NCBI RefSeq assembly: GCF_024502345.1
Contig: NZ_JALDNN010000003.1
Direction: 5' to 3' (one strand)
DNA from: Escherichia coli
GTDB taxonomy: Bacteria > Pseudomonadota > Gammaproteobacteria > Enterobacterales > Enterobacteriaceae
Length of the DNA stretch: 64,000 nucleotides
The stretch's first letter is position 1; each line of letters starts with the position of its first letter. Below the pieces are notes generated by a model. It was not told the DNA's origin, did no database searches, and saw only the letters and a program-made list of their open reading frames with translations. Shown here one piece after another: positions 20,101 through 29,807 of this stretch. The position numbers and the translations under genes were made by a program.

Positions 20101-21957
20101 ATGAGTCTTGTAAAGAAAAATCCGTCAAATTTAAATCGTATAATAAAGGGGACTAAATATTCAGAGGCTTTTATGGGTAAACCAACAGATGAGCAAAGGG
20201 TCATCATTGAAAATGCAAATGCTAATAATATGGTTATTGCAGCACCGGGATCTGGAAAGTCATTCACGATGATAGAGGCGGTGATCTCTATCCTCAGGCA
20301 GTTCCCTTATGCCAAAGTGGGGATGGTCACATTTACCCGTGCAGCAACAAATTCATTGGCTGAAAAACTGAAACGTCGATTAAGTAAGAAAGACCAGGAT
20401 AGGGTGCTGGTCAATACATTCCACGGCTTTATCCGGATGCAACTGGATATGGTCAACTGGAAGGGCAAGATGTTGATTAGCTCGGCACAGCGTTCTGTAA
20501 TTCACAGGGCATTGAAGGAGTCCGGCGCGCCTTTTCGATACCCGGATGCAGAATTTGCTATTGACGCGATTGGAAGGGAAATGGATACGGACATCATTTC
20601 AGTTCGCCATACGCGGCAACAAATCCACTTGTTCAACACCTATCAGGCAATATGTCAGAAAGACCACGTTGCAGATTTGAATGCACTCTCACGTTTTGTT
20701 GTGGGCCAGATGTACTCGGGGAAAATGCAGCCACTTAACTTGACACATTTAGTTGTAGATGAAGTTCAGGATACCGACTCGATTCAGTATGCCTGGATCT
20801 CACTACATACGAGGGCAGGTGTTAACACTAGCATCGTTGGGGATGATGATCAGGCAATTTATTCATTCAGGGCATCAGGTGGAGTCAAAATATTCCAGCA
20901 GTTTGAAAAACAATTCAGGCCCAACATATTTTATTTGAATACTTGTTTCAGATGTGAACCAGAGATTTTGAAGATAGCAGGGGCATTGATTGAAAAAAAT
21001 GTTTACAGATACGCTAAAGATCTCCGTTCAGCTAAGGGCGGTGGGGGAAAAGTTCATTTCCGCTCATATGTTGATATGGATGAGCAAATTCAAGGCATTC
21101 TCAATCTGATTAACCAAGACCCGATTGGGTGGGCAATCCTCAGCAGAGGTAATGCACATCTCGATCAGCTTGAAAGCCTGATAGAGCAGCCGGTACTTCG
21201 TTATGGTGGGAAGTCATTTTGGGATGAAAAGGAGACAAGCGATGTATTGCATTTGATGGCATTCTTCCGACATTCCAACGATGTCCGGTTAATGAAGAGG
21301 GGGCTGGCGCTTTTCGGTGAAAATGAAGAGGTCTTGGACCAGACAGCATTGAGCATGAAAGGAAGAAAAGTAACTTTTGGTGAACTGAACATCCCGAATG
21401 AAAGTTCCCTGGAAACAAGAACGCTTCATTCAAACTTCACCCGGTTTACACAGGAGACTCGGGAAAAGGTTGAAATAGAAAAAAGGTTCGCAAATCTGAT
21501 TAAGTGGATGGAGTTGTCGTCGATAAAAATGAGGACGCAGAAAGGATCACCATCACTGAGCAGAATTGCGCTGGATACCTGTAAGCAATGGGCCGAAAAG
21601 ACAGGCTGGCAAAATATGATAAATCGAGCTGCGGCGATGTGTCTGGGGCCAAAGAAGAAGGATGAGGAATATACACCGGATAAAGTAGTTTTATCGACGT
21701 TGCACGGTTCGAAGGGTCTTGAATGGAAAAATGTAATTATTATGAGTTGTAATGCAGATCAGATTCCAAGTAAGCGGTCAGTGGGGCAGGAGGCGATTGA
21801 AGAAGAAAGACGACTGCTTTTTGTTGGGTTTACACGAGCAGAGCAACAGCTGCATGTAATGTGGTACGGTGATCCGTCTTTCTTTTTAAGCGAATGTGCT
21901 GAAGATAAATTGAAAGAGGCTGCGAAAAGTAGAACAGAATCCCCTTTGACAGAATAA
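20101..21957 (+). CDS. UvrD/Rep-like superfamily 1 DNA helicase
   Basis: Walker A AAPGSGKSF, Walker B-like VVDEVQDTD, and C-terminal motifs LSTLHGSKGLEW and LLFVGFTRAEQQL; an alternative start is the ATG near 20173 (MGKPTDEQ). Confidence 0.65.
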   Translation: MSLVKKNPSNLNRIIKGTKYSEAFMGKPTDEQRVIIENANANNMVIAAPGSGKSFTMIEAVISILRQFPYAKVGMVTFTRAATNSLAEKLKRRLSKKDQDRVLVNTFHGFIRMQLDMVNWKGKMLISSAQRSVIHRALKESGAPFRYPDAEFAIDAIGREMDTDIISVRHTRQQIHLFNTYQAICQKDHVADLNALSRFVVGQMYSGKMQPLNLTHLVVDEVQDTDSIQYAWISLHTRAGVNTSIVGDDDQAIYSFRASGGVKIFQQFEKQFRPNIFYLNTCFRCEPEILKIAGALIEKNVYRYAKDLRSAKGGGGKVHFRSYVDMDEQIQGILNLINQDPIGWAILSRGNAHLDQLESLIEQPVLRYGGKSFWDEKETSDVLHLMAFFRHSNDVRLMKRGLALFGENEEVLDQTALSMKGRKVTFGELNIPNESSLETRTLHSNFTRFTQETREKVEIEKRFANLIKWMELSSIKMRTQKGSPSLSRIALDTCKQWAEKTGWQNMINRAAAMCLGPKKKDEEYTPDKVVLSTLHGSKGLEWKNVIIMSCNADQIPSKRSVGQEAIEEERRLLFVGFTRAEQQLHVMWYGDPSFFLSECAEDKLKEAAKSRTESPLTE

Positions 21958-22034
21958 TTTTGATTTCTTTATTTACAGGAATGAACCCGTGTAGTATAAC
22001 GTATATGAGCTTGAATTTATTGCTCCCACATTTC

Positions 22035-22150
22035 AAGTAACTTTATAAAAGTTACTTTGCGCGTTAAGCGCATATTCAGCCGTGAAAAGCGGCCAGCTTT
22101 CTAAAGCTGCAAGGCACCACCGGCAAAATGTCACCTTTGTCGCTGGTGCC
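22035..22150. promoter_or_regulatory. Cluster of five consecutive hairpins, opening with a 23-bp perfect palindrome; candidate ssDNA promoter, ssi or origin-like structured element
   Basis: Inverted repeats read directly: 22035-22057 AAGTAACTTT-ata-AAAGTTACTT; 22058-22072 TGCGC-gttaa-GCGCA; 22079-22093 GCCG-tgaaaag-CGGC; 22094-22109 CAGCTTT-ct-AAAGCTG; 22113-22150 GGCACCA...TGGTGCC. The function is inferred. Confidence 0.4.
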
Positions 22151-22354
22151 TTTCCCATGTCTGAAAAAGGACAATCGAATTTACCAAATCGTAACTAACT
22201 TAGCTCTTAATTGAGCTATTTTCGTTGCGTACTTCTAATGCCAGAAAGTATAAATCAGGCGGTTCATAGCTTACGGGAGATGAATGACAGGCTTTGCCTT
22301 TGTGTTGGGATATTTAATGATTCCTTCCTTCTTACTATATATAGGTGACCCCAA

Positions 22355-23230
22355 ATGTCTAAAAGTAAAGCACGCAGTAAAGCTCTTCTCATCGCCTTCG
22401 CTGATCTGATCCCAGATATGGATAAGGTGGTTAACAAGAAGTTATTGGATTCTCTGAATGTTTATTCAGGGCATGATAATGACCTTATTGTTATTATGAA
22501 TGAAGATGGTCCAACCATAATTGAACTGAATTCTTTGAAATCAGTTTCAATGCTGGCTCAAAAGCTTTCTGCTTTTTCTACTTATTATCATGTGGAAATG
22601 CAGCAAATTCTTGTCAATCCAATTGACTTTGAGAAAGCTTACACACTTCTCAAAGAAGCACCTGCAATTCCAATGTTTAAAACTTTAGCCGATCTGGATA
22701 AGTTCTTAAATGAAGAGTTTGAAAAGTACGGGTTGAACACATTTCTTGATGTGGATAACCTTGATTATTCACTCGCTAAATCCAGAGAGTTAAAAAATGA
22801 TCAGTTGGTTGCCTGGGTTTCTGAAATTATTGAGAAGCGCGAGAAATTAGCATTGCGTAATCGATTTAATGAAGTGACCAAAGCACATTATGAAACTGTA
22901 GATGCAATGTATGCAGCCGTTCGCCCATTAATGAAAGAGTTAGGTTTTCCTGATGAACTCATGTTACACACCTTTAGTGAATTGAGCGTTTTCGATTCCA
23001 AAGGCTGGGATTATGCTATCAAGTCGAAAATTGAGTTTCTCACTAAACGCGAGGAGCAATGTTTAGATTATCAAATGAAAGCAGATAAACGGCAAGCGAC
23101 AGTTGATGAACTCTTGGCACAAATCAATAACGCTAAAACGGTAAAAGCACCAAGATCTTTTGGTCAGCTGTTTGGCTTTTCTGTTATTGCCATGATGACA
23201 TTTATGTTCATTGTAAACAAATTTATCTAA
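22355..23230 (+). CDS. Hypothetical protein with C-terminal transmembrane anchor
   Basis: 291-aa ORF, first gene of the long unidirectional block; hydrophobic C-terminus FGFSVIAMMTFMFIV. Confidence 0.4.
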   Translation: MSKSKARSKALLIAFADLIPDMDKVVNKKLLDSLNVYSGHDNDLIVIMNEDGPTIIELNSLKSVSMLAQKLSAFSTYYHVEMQQILVNPIDFEKAYTLLKEAPAIPMFKTLADLDKFLNEEFEKYGLNTFLDVDNLDYSLAKSRELKNDQLVAWVSEIIEKREKLALRNRFNEVTKAHYETVDAMYAAVRPLMKELGFPDELMLHTFSELSVFDSKGWDYAIKSKIEFLTKREEQCLDYQMKADKRQATVDELLAQINNAKTVKAPRSFGQLFGFSVIAMMTFMFIVNKFI

Positions 23231-23288
23231 TCCTGTTAAGGGGAAACCCTGACGGGGCTTCTCTTTGCTTAAATTGAGGAGAGAAGTA

Positions 23289-23666
23289 ATGTCATATCTT
23301 GAATATGTTAATGAAGTAAAAGTGTCCGGGATAGTTATCAGTGCAATGGAGAAAGAAATGACTAGCGGAAACGTTGGGTTATTGATAAAGCTCAAAAACA
23401 GAATGAAAACTGAAATTAATGGTGAAATTACTGAGAGAGAATTTTCGATTCAAATCAAAGTATCACCAGAGATGTATTCAGGCTGTTTCACTGGTATAAA
23501 TCAAGGTGATGAGTTAATGGTCTCCGGTTATCTTGTTGTGGATACCATCACATTGGAAGGGAGAGAGCATCCTCTTGACTACATGAGAGTAGTTGCAACA
23601 AGTAAGTTAGCTCACATACCTAAACCTCCTAAGGGTTTTGGGCAAAGTAGCTTTAGACAGATCTGA
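23289..23666 (+). CDS. Putative OB-fold single-stranded DNA-binding-like protein
   Basis: Pattern VKVSGIVIS...G..V.....L...G...V.GYLVV resembles the SSB/PriB OB-fold layout; weak, by-eye only; start chosen at the ATG following the RBS GAGGAGAG. Confidence 0.3.
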   Translation: MSYLEYVNEVKVSGIVISAMEKEMTSGNVGLLIKLKNRMKTEINGEITEREFSIQIKVSPEMYSGCFTGINQGDELMVSGYLVVDTITLEGREHPLDYMRVVATSKLAHIPKPPKGFGQSSFRQI

Positions 23667-23726
23667 CATTTAAACCACCCAAAAGGGGAGAAATCCCTTC
23701 ATGGGAGTTCTCCCTTAGGAGATCCC

Positions 23727-24713
23727 ATGAAACAAAAAATAAGGCCGACTGCATTTTGCAGTAAGCAAATGGATTTTTTCTCTATATTCGATTTTGAAGA
23801 AGAGGAAAAAGAAATAATAACTATAGTTGAGTCTCCACTTGACTATATAAATGATGCAATAGCCGCACAACAAAGTATTCAATCAGAAGATAAACATTCA
23901 GGCCCGGAACTGGAGCCTAGTGTGTCGGAAGATGTTGCTTTGCCTGGTAATTGTCCCAAACTACTCAAAAATCAAATTCTGCATGACATTAGTTTTGCTG
24001 CGGAAACTGATTATCTCTTCACTCTAGAAGAGTACAGTGCGGAGTTAGGTGGTCTGGTTTTTGACTGGGCCCCTGAAGATGTATATCAGTTATACGTCGT
24101 CGCAATGGAAGAGTCGTTGGAAAACGTAAGGCATCTCGTCATTACAAAATCACTCTATTCCACTGATGAATTCGGTAACATAACCGTGAATCCGCTTCTT
24201 GAAGCCGAAACACGGTGGTATATGTCGAAATCATTTGAGCTTACATGTGCCACTCATGGTATTGATGCTATTGAGTTCAGGTCAGAGCTTAAAAAAAGCT
24301 TATATGAATATACGCACAGTTACGGAGGTGAAAATGCTGAATTAGCTCGTTATCATCAAGATAAAGAGGTTATTCTGCATGATTGTAAGGAAGAGATGGG
24401 ATGGGATATCTTTTTCGAACAGGACTATTTGTTGCAAGAAAACAAACTGGCAATGAAATGGACTGATCGGGATATAATGGATGTCTATTCTAAAGTATTT
24501 AAATCAACAATTAATTTGTTTGAAAAACTTGTCGTTAATAACAAGTTAACCTCAAGAGATACTTTTGGTTGGGTAATCGTAAACCCTACATTTGAACGCC
24601 AGTTTGAATGGATTGAGTCAGAAGTATTCGAAATCGTAGGAACTCATCTTGGTTACAACGTTGCCGCTATCAGAACACAGATGGCGACGGCGTGTAGGAT
24701 GACTTTCCACTAA
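23727..24713 (+). CDS. Hypothetical protein
   Basis: 328-aa ORF preceded by a GC-rich leader hairpin; no motif recognised. Confidence 0.35.
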   Translation: MKQKIRPTAFCSKQMDFFSIFDFEEEEKEIITIVESPLDYINDAIAAQQSIQSEDKHSGPELEPSVSEDVALPGNCPKLLKNQILHDISFAAETDYLFTLEEYSAELGGLVFDWAPEDVYQLYVVAMEESLENVRHLVITKSLYSTDEFGNITVNPLLEAETRWYMSKSFELTCATHGIDAIEFRSELKKSLYEYTHSYGGENAELARYHQDKEVILHDCKEEMGWDIFFEQDYLLQENKLAMKWTDRDIMDVYSKVFKSTINLFEKLVVNNKLTSRDTFGWVIVNPTFERQFEWIESEVFEIVGTHLGYNVAAIRTQMATACRMTFH

Positions 24714-24772
24714 CATGCCACTGGCAAACATCTGCCAGCGGGCGGTGTTTGCATTTTACCGGAGTTTTAAAA

Positions 24773-25825
24773 ATGACTAACGCCGCAACTGTATTAAAAT
24801 CCGACAATTCCGTACAGGAAGAAATCATTGGTAATCTGTTACCCGCAAATGTTATATCAAGTAAGATGTTTGCGAATAAAGAACAGTATTATCTTGTCAA
24901 AGCAAAAGATTTATTTGGCATTCCTGAGATGGATGAGGATATGATTGTTCCAGTGTTTAAAAAGTTTTCTCCATATCGTGCGAATCTGAATAAGGACTAT
25001 ATACCAAATTCTCGAATACTTGAGCAAGTAGTAAAATTGCTTGTAAGTAACGATATAGATTTGAGTGTATGCCTGAAAGGAGAATCTGGATCAGGTAAGA
25101 CTGAAATGGCAATGTATATTAGCCATATGCTGAACTGGCCGCTAACCATAAAGCAAATCAACAGCAATATTCGCGCTGATGAGCTGGAAGGTGAGCGTAG
25201 TCTTATTAACGGTAACACCAGTTTTGTGCCTAGCGAGCTTGTAACGGCATTTCAGGAAGGCCACCTCATTCTTCTGGATGAAGTGGACAAGATTGACCCT
25301 GATACTGCCGCAAAGCTTCATATGCCTATAGAGCGAAAGCCCTGGTCACTAGCTGCCAACGGTGGCGAAGTGGTTAAGGCAAATAAGTTTACGCGATTTA
25401 TGGGTACTTCAAACACAAACATGAGTGGGGGATCTCGTAAGTTCGTTTCATCGCAGCGGCAGGATGCAGCGTTTATCAAGCGCTTCCTGATTGTGGAGAT
25501 GGAAAGGCCTTCAGAGGTTGCATTAACCAACGTTTTGCTTAAACGCTACAATAACCTGCCTATGCTGGTAATTGAAAAATTCGTTTCGGTAGCCGTTGCA
25601 GTAAACAACACAGGAACTGACGACAGTGTAATGGATATACGCCAGCTTGTGGCATGGGTTGGAACGTCAATGACGTTAAAGACCATGTCCTTACTGGATA
25701 CATTTAAAATTGCTTTTGCGTCGGCTCTGCCTGCACATGCCACTGGTATGGTGTTGGAAGCCATCGACTTAATTCTCGGTGACGACAAGAACCGTACAAT
25801 GGAGTATTACACTGCAAAAAAGTAG
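24773..25825 (+). CDS. AAA+ ATPase, CobS/MoxR-like (AAA_5-type)
   Basis: Walker A GESGSGKT and Walker B ILLDEVDK; size about 350 aa; start set at the ATG after a SD-like CCGGAG. Confidence 0.6.
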   Translation: MTNAATVLKSDNSVQEEIIGNLLPANVISSKMFANKEQYYLVKAKDLFGIPEMDEDMIVPVFKKFSPYRANLNKDYIPNSRILEQVVKLLVSNDIDLSVCLKGESGSGKTEMAMYISHMLNWPLTIKQINSNIRADELEGERSLINGNTSFVPSELVTAFQEGHLILLDEVDKIDPDTAAKLHMPIERKPWSLAANGGEVVKANKFTRFMGTSNTNMSGGSRKFVSSQRQDAAFIKRFLIVEMERPSEVALTNVLLKRYNNLPMLVIEKFVSVAVAVNNTGTDDSVMDIRQLVAWVGTSMTLKTMSLLDTFKIAFASALPAHATGMVLEAIDLILGDDKNRTMEYYTAKK

Positions 25826-25863
25826 TTATAGATGGGACGAGTTATCAGAAGGCTGAATGCCGT

Positions 25864-26133
25864 GTGACAGACTTTGCTCATCTTACGTTTTACGGTTTTC
25901 TGAGTGCAAACGGAACTGAAACTTTCGTGATTGCACAAGATGGAAATCAATATATAGGTCTGAAGCAGCATAATAATGACTATTCATTTATTTGTTATGA
26001 AGTCTGTAACAAAGATATGGAAGCCATGATTAAGGGCCTTGAATCAAAAGGATTCATGTATCAAGGGAGCATTCAATCGGCGGATGTCGAAAATGAATTT
26101 CCTGGAATTCTTTTAACAACACTTGAAAAGTAA
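25864..26133 (+). CDS. Small hypothetical protein
   Basis: 89-aa ORF between the AAA+ gene and the next gene. Confidence 0.3.
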   Translation: MTDFAHLTFYGFLSANGTETFVIAQDGNQYIGLKQHNNDYSFICYEVCNKDMEAMIKGLESKGFMYQGSIQSADVENEFPGILLTTLEK

Positions 26134-26203
26134 TATTATTAACCCTATCGGGAAATCTTTCCCGACGGGGAGGTTTTCCCATTTCTAAATCTGGAGAAAA
26201 CCT

Positions 26204-27331
26204 ATGACTTTCAATACTTCTAAACTTAATAAAGTTTCTGCAAAGGAAATCAGTGAAAACTTTATAAAAGCATATCCTGACTTGCAGAAAGGTGCTGTTA
26301 TAACAAAAATTGAAATTAGTGGGTGTCAGGGCTCTCGGCGAACTGATAAAATCGAACTGTCCTATGGCGGTGATGATATAACAGACCAGAAGAGCGTGTC
26401 TAAAAGCGAAGTTCGCTGGATAGACATAAAGGCACTGAGTTTCAAAAGCACTATCACTAGTCGAATTTCAACCCTTTGTTCACGGTTGTGCATCCGCTAT
26501 AGCAATATGTGGATACTGCCAGTTGAAAGGATGGAGGAGTTTCTCGAAGAGGCACAAGAAATCGAACGTGAATTTCAAGCCGGTATCCAGAACGTGGTTG
26601 ATAACTATGACACTCATATTCAGGCTGAGAAAGATCGCAGTCCGTTGATGTCAGATTTAATTGACCAGTTGAAATTGACTAAAGATGATTTTGTTAAATC
26701 ATTCCGGTTTAATCTGGCACATTTCATTCCGTTTTCACCGATTAGTGTGGAGGGGGATGAAACGCAGGACTTTTATCAAGAACAACTGATAACTGACTTG
26801 GCCGATGAAGCTATGAAGGTTTATACAAAAATCAGCAAAAATGATAATTTGCGTTCCAGCACGATTGACCGATTAAAGCAGATGCAGGATAAAATAATTA
26901 GCTTCATGTTCATTCATAAAGAGGCTGTTGTTCTTGCAGAAGCTATTAAGCATATCATGAATAATTTACCAAAAGGTGCCATTTCTTCTCCCCGTGATGT
27001 TGCGGTATTAAAGCAGTGGTTCTATTTCATGAGCGATGCGTCAATGCTGAAACGTATTATCTCCGGTGAACAAAAGGTAACCGACTGGCTGGATTCCATA
27101 ACCCGGTCATTCAATATCGATTCACAGGTTACAGCGGCTAACTCTCTGAATACTGCTGAGGATGATGTTTTTTCTTCAGCAAATGTTTTCAGAGAAGACC
27201 CGGTTGAAGATCTTGAGAACAAGGCAGTGAATGCACCTGAGCCTGCTGTTGGCCCTGATGAAGATGTTTCTATTCAGGCCAGTGGTAGTAATAGAGCATT
27301 TGACTGCGAACTCGAATTGACCGGTTGGTAA
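26204..27331 (+). CDS. Hypothetical protein associated with the AAA+/vWA pair (possibly the DUF3150-type partner seen with CobS/CobT-like pairs)
   Basis: 375-aa ORF located between the AAA+ ATPase and the vWA protein; family assignment is from recollection of gene-neighbourhoods, not a search. Confidence 0.35.
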   Translation: MTFNTSKLNKVSAKEISENFIKAYPDLQKGAVITKIEISGCQGSRRTDKIELSYGGDDITDQKSVSKSEVRWIDIKALSFKSTITSRISTLCSRLCIRYSNMWILPVERMEEFLEEAQEIEREFQAGIQNVVDNYDTHIQAEKDRSPLMSDLIDQLKLTKDDFVKSFRFNLAHFIPFSPISVEGDETQDFYQEQLITDLADEAMKVYTKISKNDNLRSSTIDRLKQMQDKIISFMFIHKEAVVLAEAIKHIMNNLPKGAISSPRDVAVLKQWFYFMSDASMLKRIISGEQKVTDWLDSITRSFNIDSQVTAANSLNTAEDDVFSSANVFREDPVEDLENKAVNAPEPAVGPDEDVSIQASGSNRAFDCELELTGW

Positions 27332-27408
27332 TTTAGTCTTGTAAAAATATCCCCAGATGGGTACTTCACCATCTGGGTGAGTACCCTTTATCAAATAAAG
27401 GTACTCAA

Positions 27409-29421
27409 ATGAAATTTGATTTAAAATCTTCACCACGCCATATTCAACGCCTGACGAATATAGCCAGCGTGATAAGCGGTATAAATGGGATTTATGTAAT
27501 TATTGACAATAAGGTGAGTACACCTTATTTCAACACCCAAAACAATGTCTGTGTTTTACCTAACGGTGATTATAGCGATGAGAGATTTGTCAAGCTAATT
27601 GAAGGATTCATATGTCATGAAGCAGGACACGGTCGTTATACAGAGCATGAAGTATACCGTGAAGCTTTTGTTGGAGAATTGATCAATGCAGATGGCTTCA
27701 TCAGTATTGATGATGACTTGAAGGCTGATTTTCAAAACCTAAAACAAAAGCAAAAAGCATATGCTCGTGCTTGTCGACTAAAAGGACTTATTAATCTTTT
27801 TGATGATGTCCAGATGGAAGAGAAGACGGGTATTGATTATCAGGAGGCAAAAAAACGCCTCGCGGTGACTTATGCCTTGATGGTTGAAGCTGGGCGAATG
27901 ACGGTTGATATTTCTTCAACCCCTCAAAACCCGGTTCAGTTTATTGAAATGTACCTGCTTAATACATTGCGGGTTAACGTTCTCCAACAAGAAGGGCATA
28001 AAGAAACGCTTGACCCATTTTTCGATTATGCAAAGAAAATCCTTGCACCTGTAACTTCAGAAGTCGATGAGATCATTCATCAAGCTCTAAGTTGCAAAAG
28101 TACGCAAAATTGCGATTCTCTGGCGCGTAAAACTCTGGCTCTTTTAGAGCGTTTAAGGGATGAAGCAAAAGAGAAACAGCAAGAAGAGGAGCAGTCGAAA
28201 GACCCGCATGACGATACAGATGAATCATCTGGCTCTGAGAATGAACCTGATACCGAACCCAATGGTGATAGCCAGGGTGAAGGGGATGGTGATAAAGAAG
28301 GTCAAGGCGATGATTCTGGTGATGGTAAGGCGCCTGCGGAAGGTAATGGGTTACCGGACCAATCCGGAGGGGATGAACAAAATGCTGAGAACTCTAACGG
28401 CGAACCTGATGGTGAGTCTGAAGGTGATGAATCGGCGACCCCCGGCTCGGATGATGCTGACTCGACACCTTCCCTAAACGACAGTTCAAATGGAAATTCT
28501 TCTGATGGGGAAAGTAACTTTTCTCCTGAACAGTGGGATATGCTTGCCAAATTGCTGGATGATTTTTTAAACAGTGATGAGGAAAGCGAGGATTTTCATG
28601 AGGTTCTTGCAAAAGAGATCTCCGTAATTGCTGCCAGTGTGTCGGATGAGGTTAAAGCTGAATTTGGTGCAAGTGAGTGGGATGTTCCAGATTTGAACAT
28701 TGATCTGAATGTCTACAATGAAGCATTAAATATCAGCCAGACCCTTGGGGCAGATTTATCTGTTTTACAGCAGGTAAAAATGCGTGGTCAATTTAAAACC
28801 CGTGATAGAGGCTTGTCATTCGATATTAATCGACTGATCCAGTCTCCGATGGGTGTTAGGGATGTATTTCGGTCACAAAGCGAATCTAAAAACCGGGGCC
28901 ACGTCGGCTTGGTCATTGTTCGTGATATTTCAGGTTCAATGAGTCTGGAACACCGTTATATCCATGCAATTAAGACTGACCTTGCATTAACTCTGGCAAT
29001 TGAAGCTATTTCAAAAATGCATGTTGCTAATGTGATTTATCCGTTTGTAGACAAAGATTTTGAAGTTATCAAAACGTTTGATGAAAACGCGGAAGAGAAA
29101 CTTTCAAAATTCTCACTTGGCTGCAAGGGCAATAATACCCCAACGGGTTCTGCATTAAATGCTGCTTTAGAGTTGTTACTTGAAAGCCAGTTTGACAGGA
29201 AAATTGTTTTCCTTATTACTGATGGTTATCCGACTGAGTCGGCTTACACCATTAATGATGTTTTTTCAGTTGCTGAAAGTAACGGCATTGAAATCGCTGG
29301 TGTTGGTATTAAAACTGATGTGTTGATGGGTTTTAATGAGGGCACCTTCGTAAATGTTGATGATATTTCTTTATTGCCGAATGAGGTCAGTAAATTAGTA
29401 CATCAAATTCTATCTAATTAA
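27409..29421 (+). CDS. vWA-domain protein with long acidic linker (CobT-like partner of the AAA+ ATPase)
   Basis: C-terminal MIDAS-like motif VIVRDISGSMS followed by FLITDGYPTE; a central D/E/G/S-rich low-complexity region of roughly 120 aa. Confidence 0.55.
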   Translation: MKFDLKSSPRHIQRLTNIASVISGINGIYVIIDNKVSTPYFNTQNNVCVLPNGDYSDERFVKLIEGFICHEAGHGRYTEHEVYREAFVGELINADGFISIDDDLKADFQNLKQKQKAYARACRLKGLINLFDDVQMEEKTGIDYQEAKKRLAVTYALMVEAGRMTVDISSTPQNPVQFIEMYLLNTLRVNVLQQEGHKETLDPFFDYAKKILAPVTSEVDEIIHQALSCKSTQNCDSLARKTLALLERLRDEAKEKQQEEEQSKDPHDDTDESSGSENEPDTEPNGDSQGEGDGDKEGQGDDSGDGKAPAEGNGLPDQSGGDEQNAENSNGEPDGESEGDESATPGSDDADSTPSLNDSSNGNSSDGESNFSPEQWDMLAKLLDDFLNSDEESEDFHEVLAKEISVIAASVSDEVKAEFGASEWDVPDLNIDLNVYNEALNISQTLGADLSVLQQVKMRGQFKTRDRGLSFDINRLIQSPMGVRDVFRSQSESKNRGHVGLVIVRDISGSMSLEHRYIHAIKTDLALTLAIEAISKMHVANVIYPFVDKDFEVIKTFDENAEEKLSKFSLGCKGNNTPTGSALNAALELLLESQFDRKIVFLITDGYPTESAYTINDVFSVAESNGIEIAGVGIKTDVLMGFNEGTFVNVDDISLLPNEVSKLVHQILSN

Positions 29422-29492
29422 ACTCTACCCAATCGGGGCAAAACGACGCCCGGTTGGGTCGCTTTGCTCCCTGAAGGATTAAGGAGCAATAT

Positions 29493-29714
29493 ATGACTCA
29501 GATAAAGACTTACCGTGTCGAGTATGAAAAAGTCGGGACGATGCATCGTGTCCGTATTTTTGGTCGCATGGGTGAAATTGTCAAAAGTGAATTGCCAGAA
29601 GAAAGAATTCTCCGGGATGTATCTATACCAGAGGGTAATGGAGAAATGGCAACGTCAATGGTTGATGGTTTTATCCAGCGTCTTGAAAATATCGGCTTCA
29701 AGACTGAAGCGTAA
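29493..29714 (+). CDS. Small hypothetical protein
   Basis: 73-aa ORF with a leader hairpin and an SD-sequestering hairpin upstream. Confidence 0.3.
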   Translation: MTQIKTYRVEYEKVGTMHRVRIFGRMGEIVKSELPEERILRDVSIPEGNGEMATSMVDGFIQRLENIGFKTEA

Positions 29715-29807
29715 TTGTTGAGGGCTCTTGTGGGCCCTCATTCTTAGATTCTGCGTTGTGGGTTTCTCCCTGTTTTCTGCATCGCAGAGGGCATTGAGAA
29801 ACCCACA

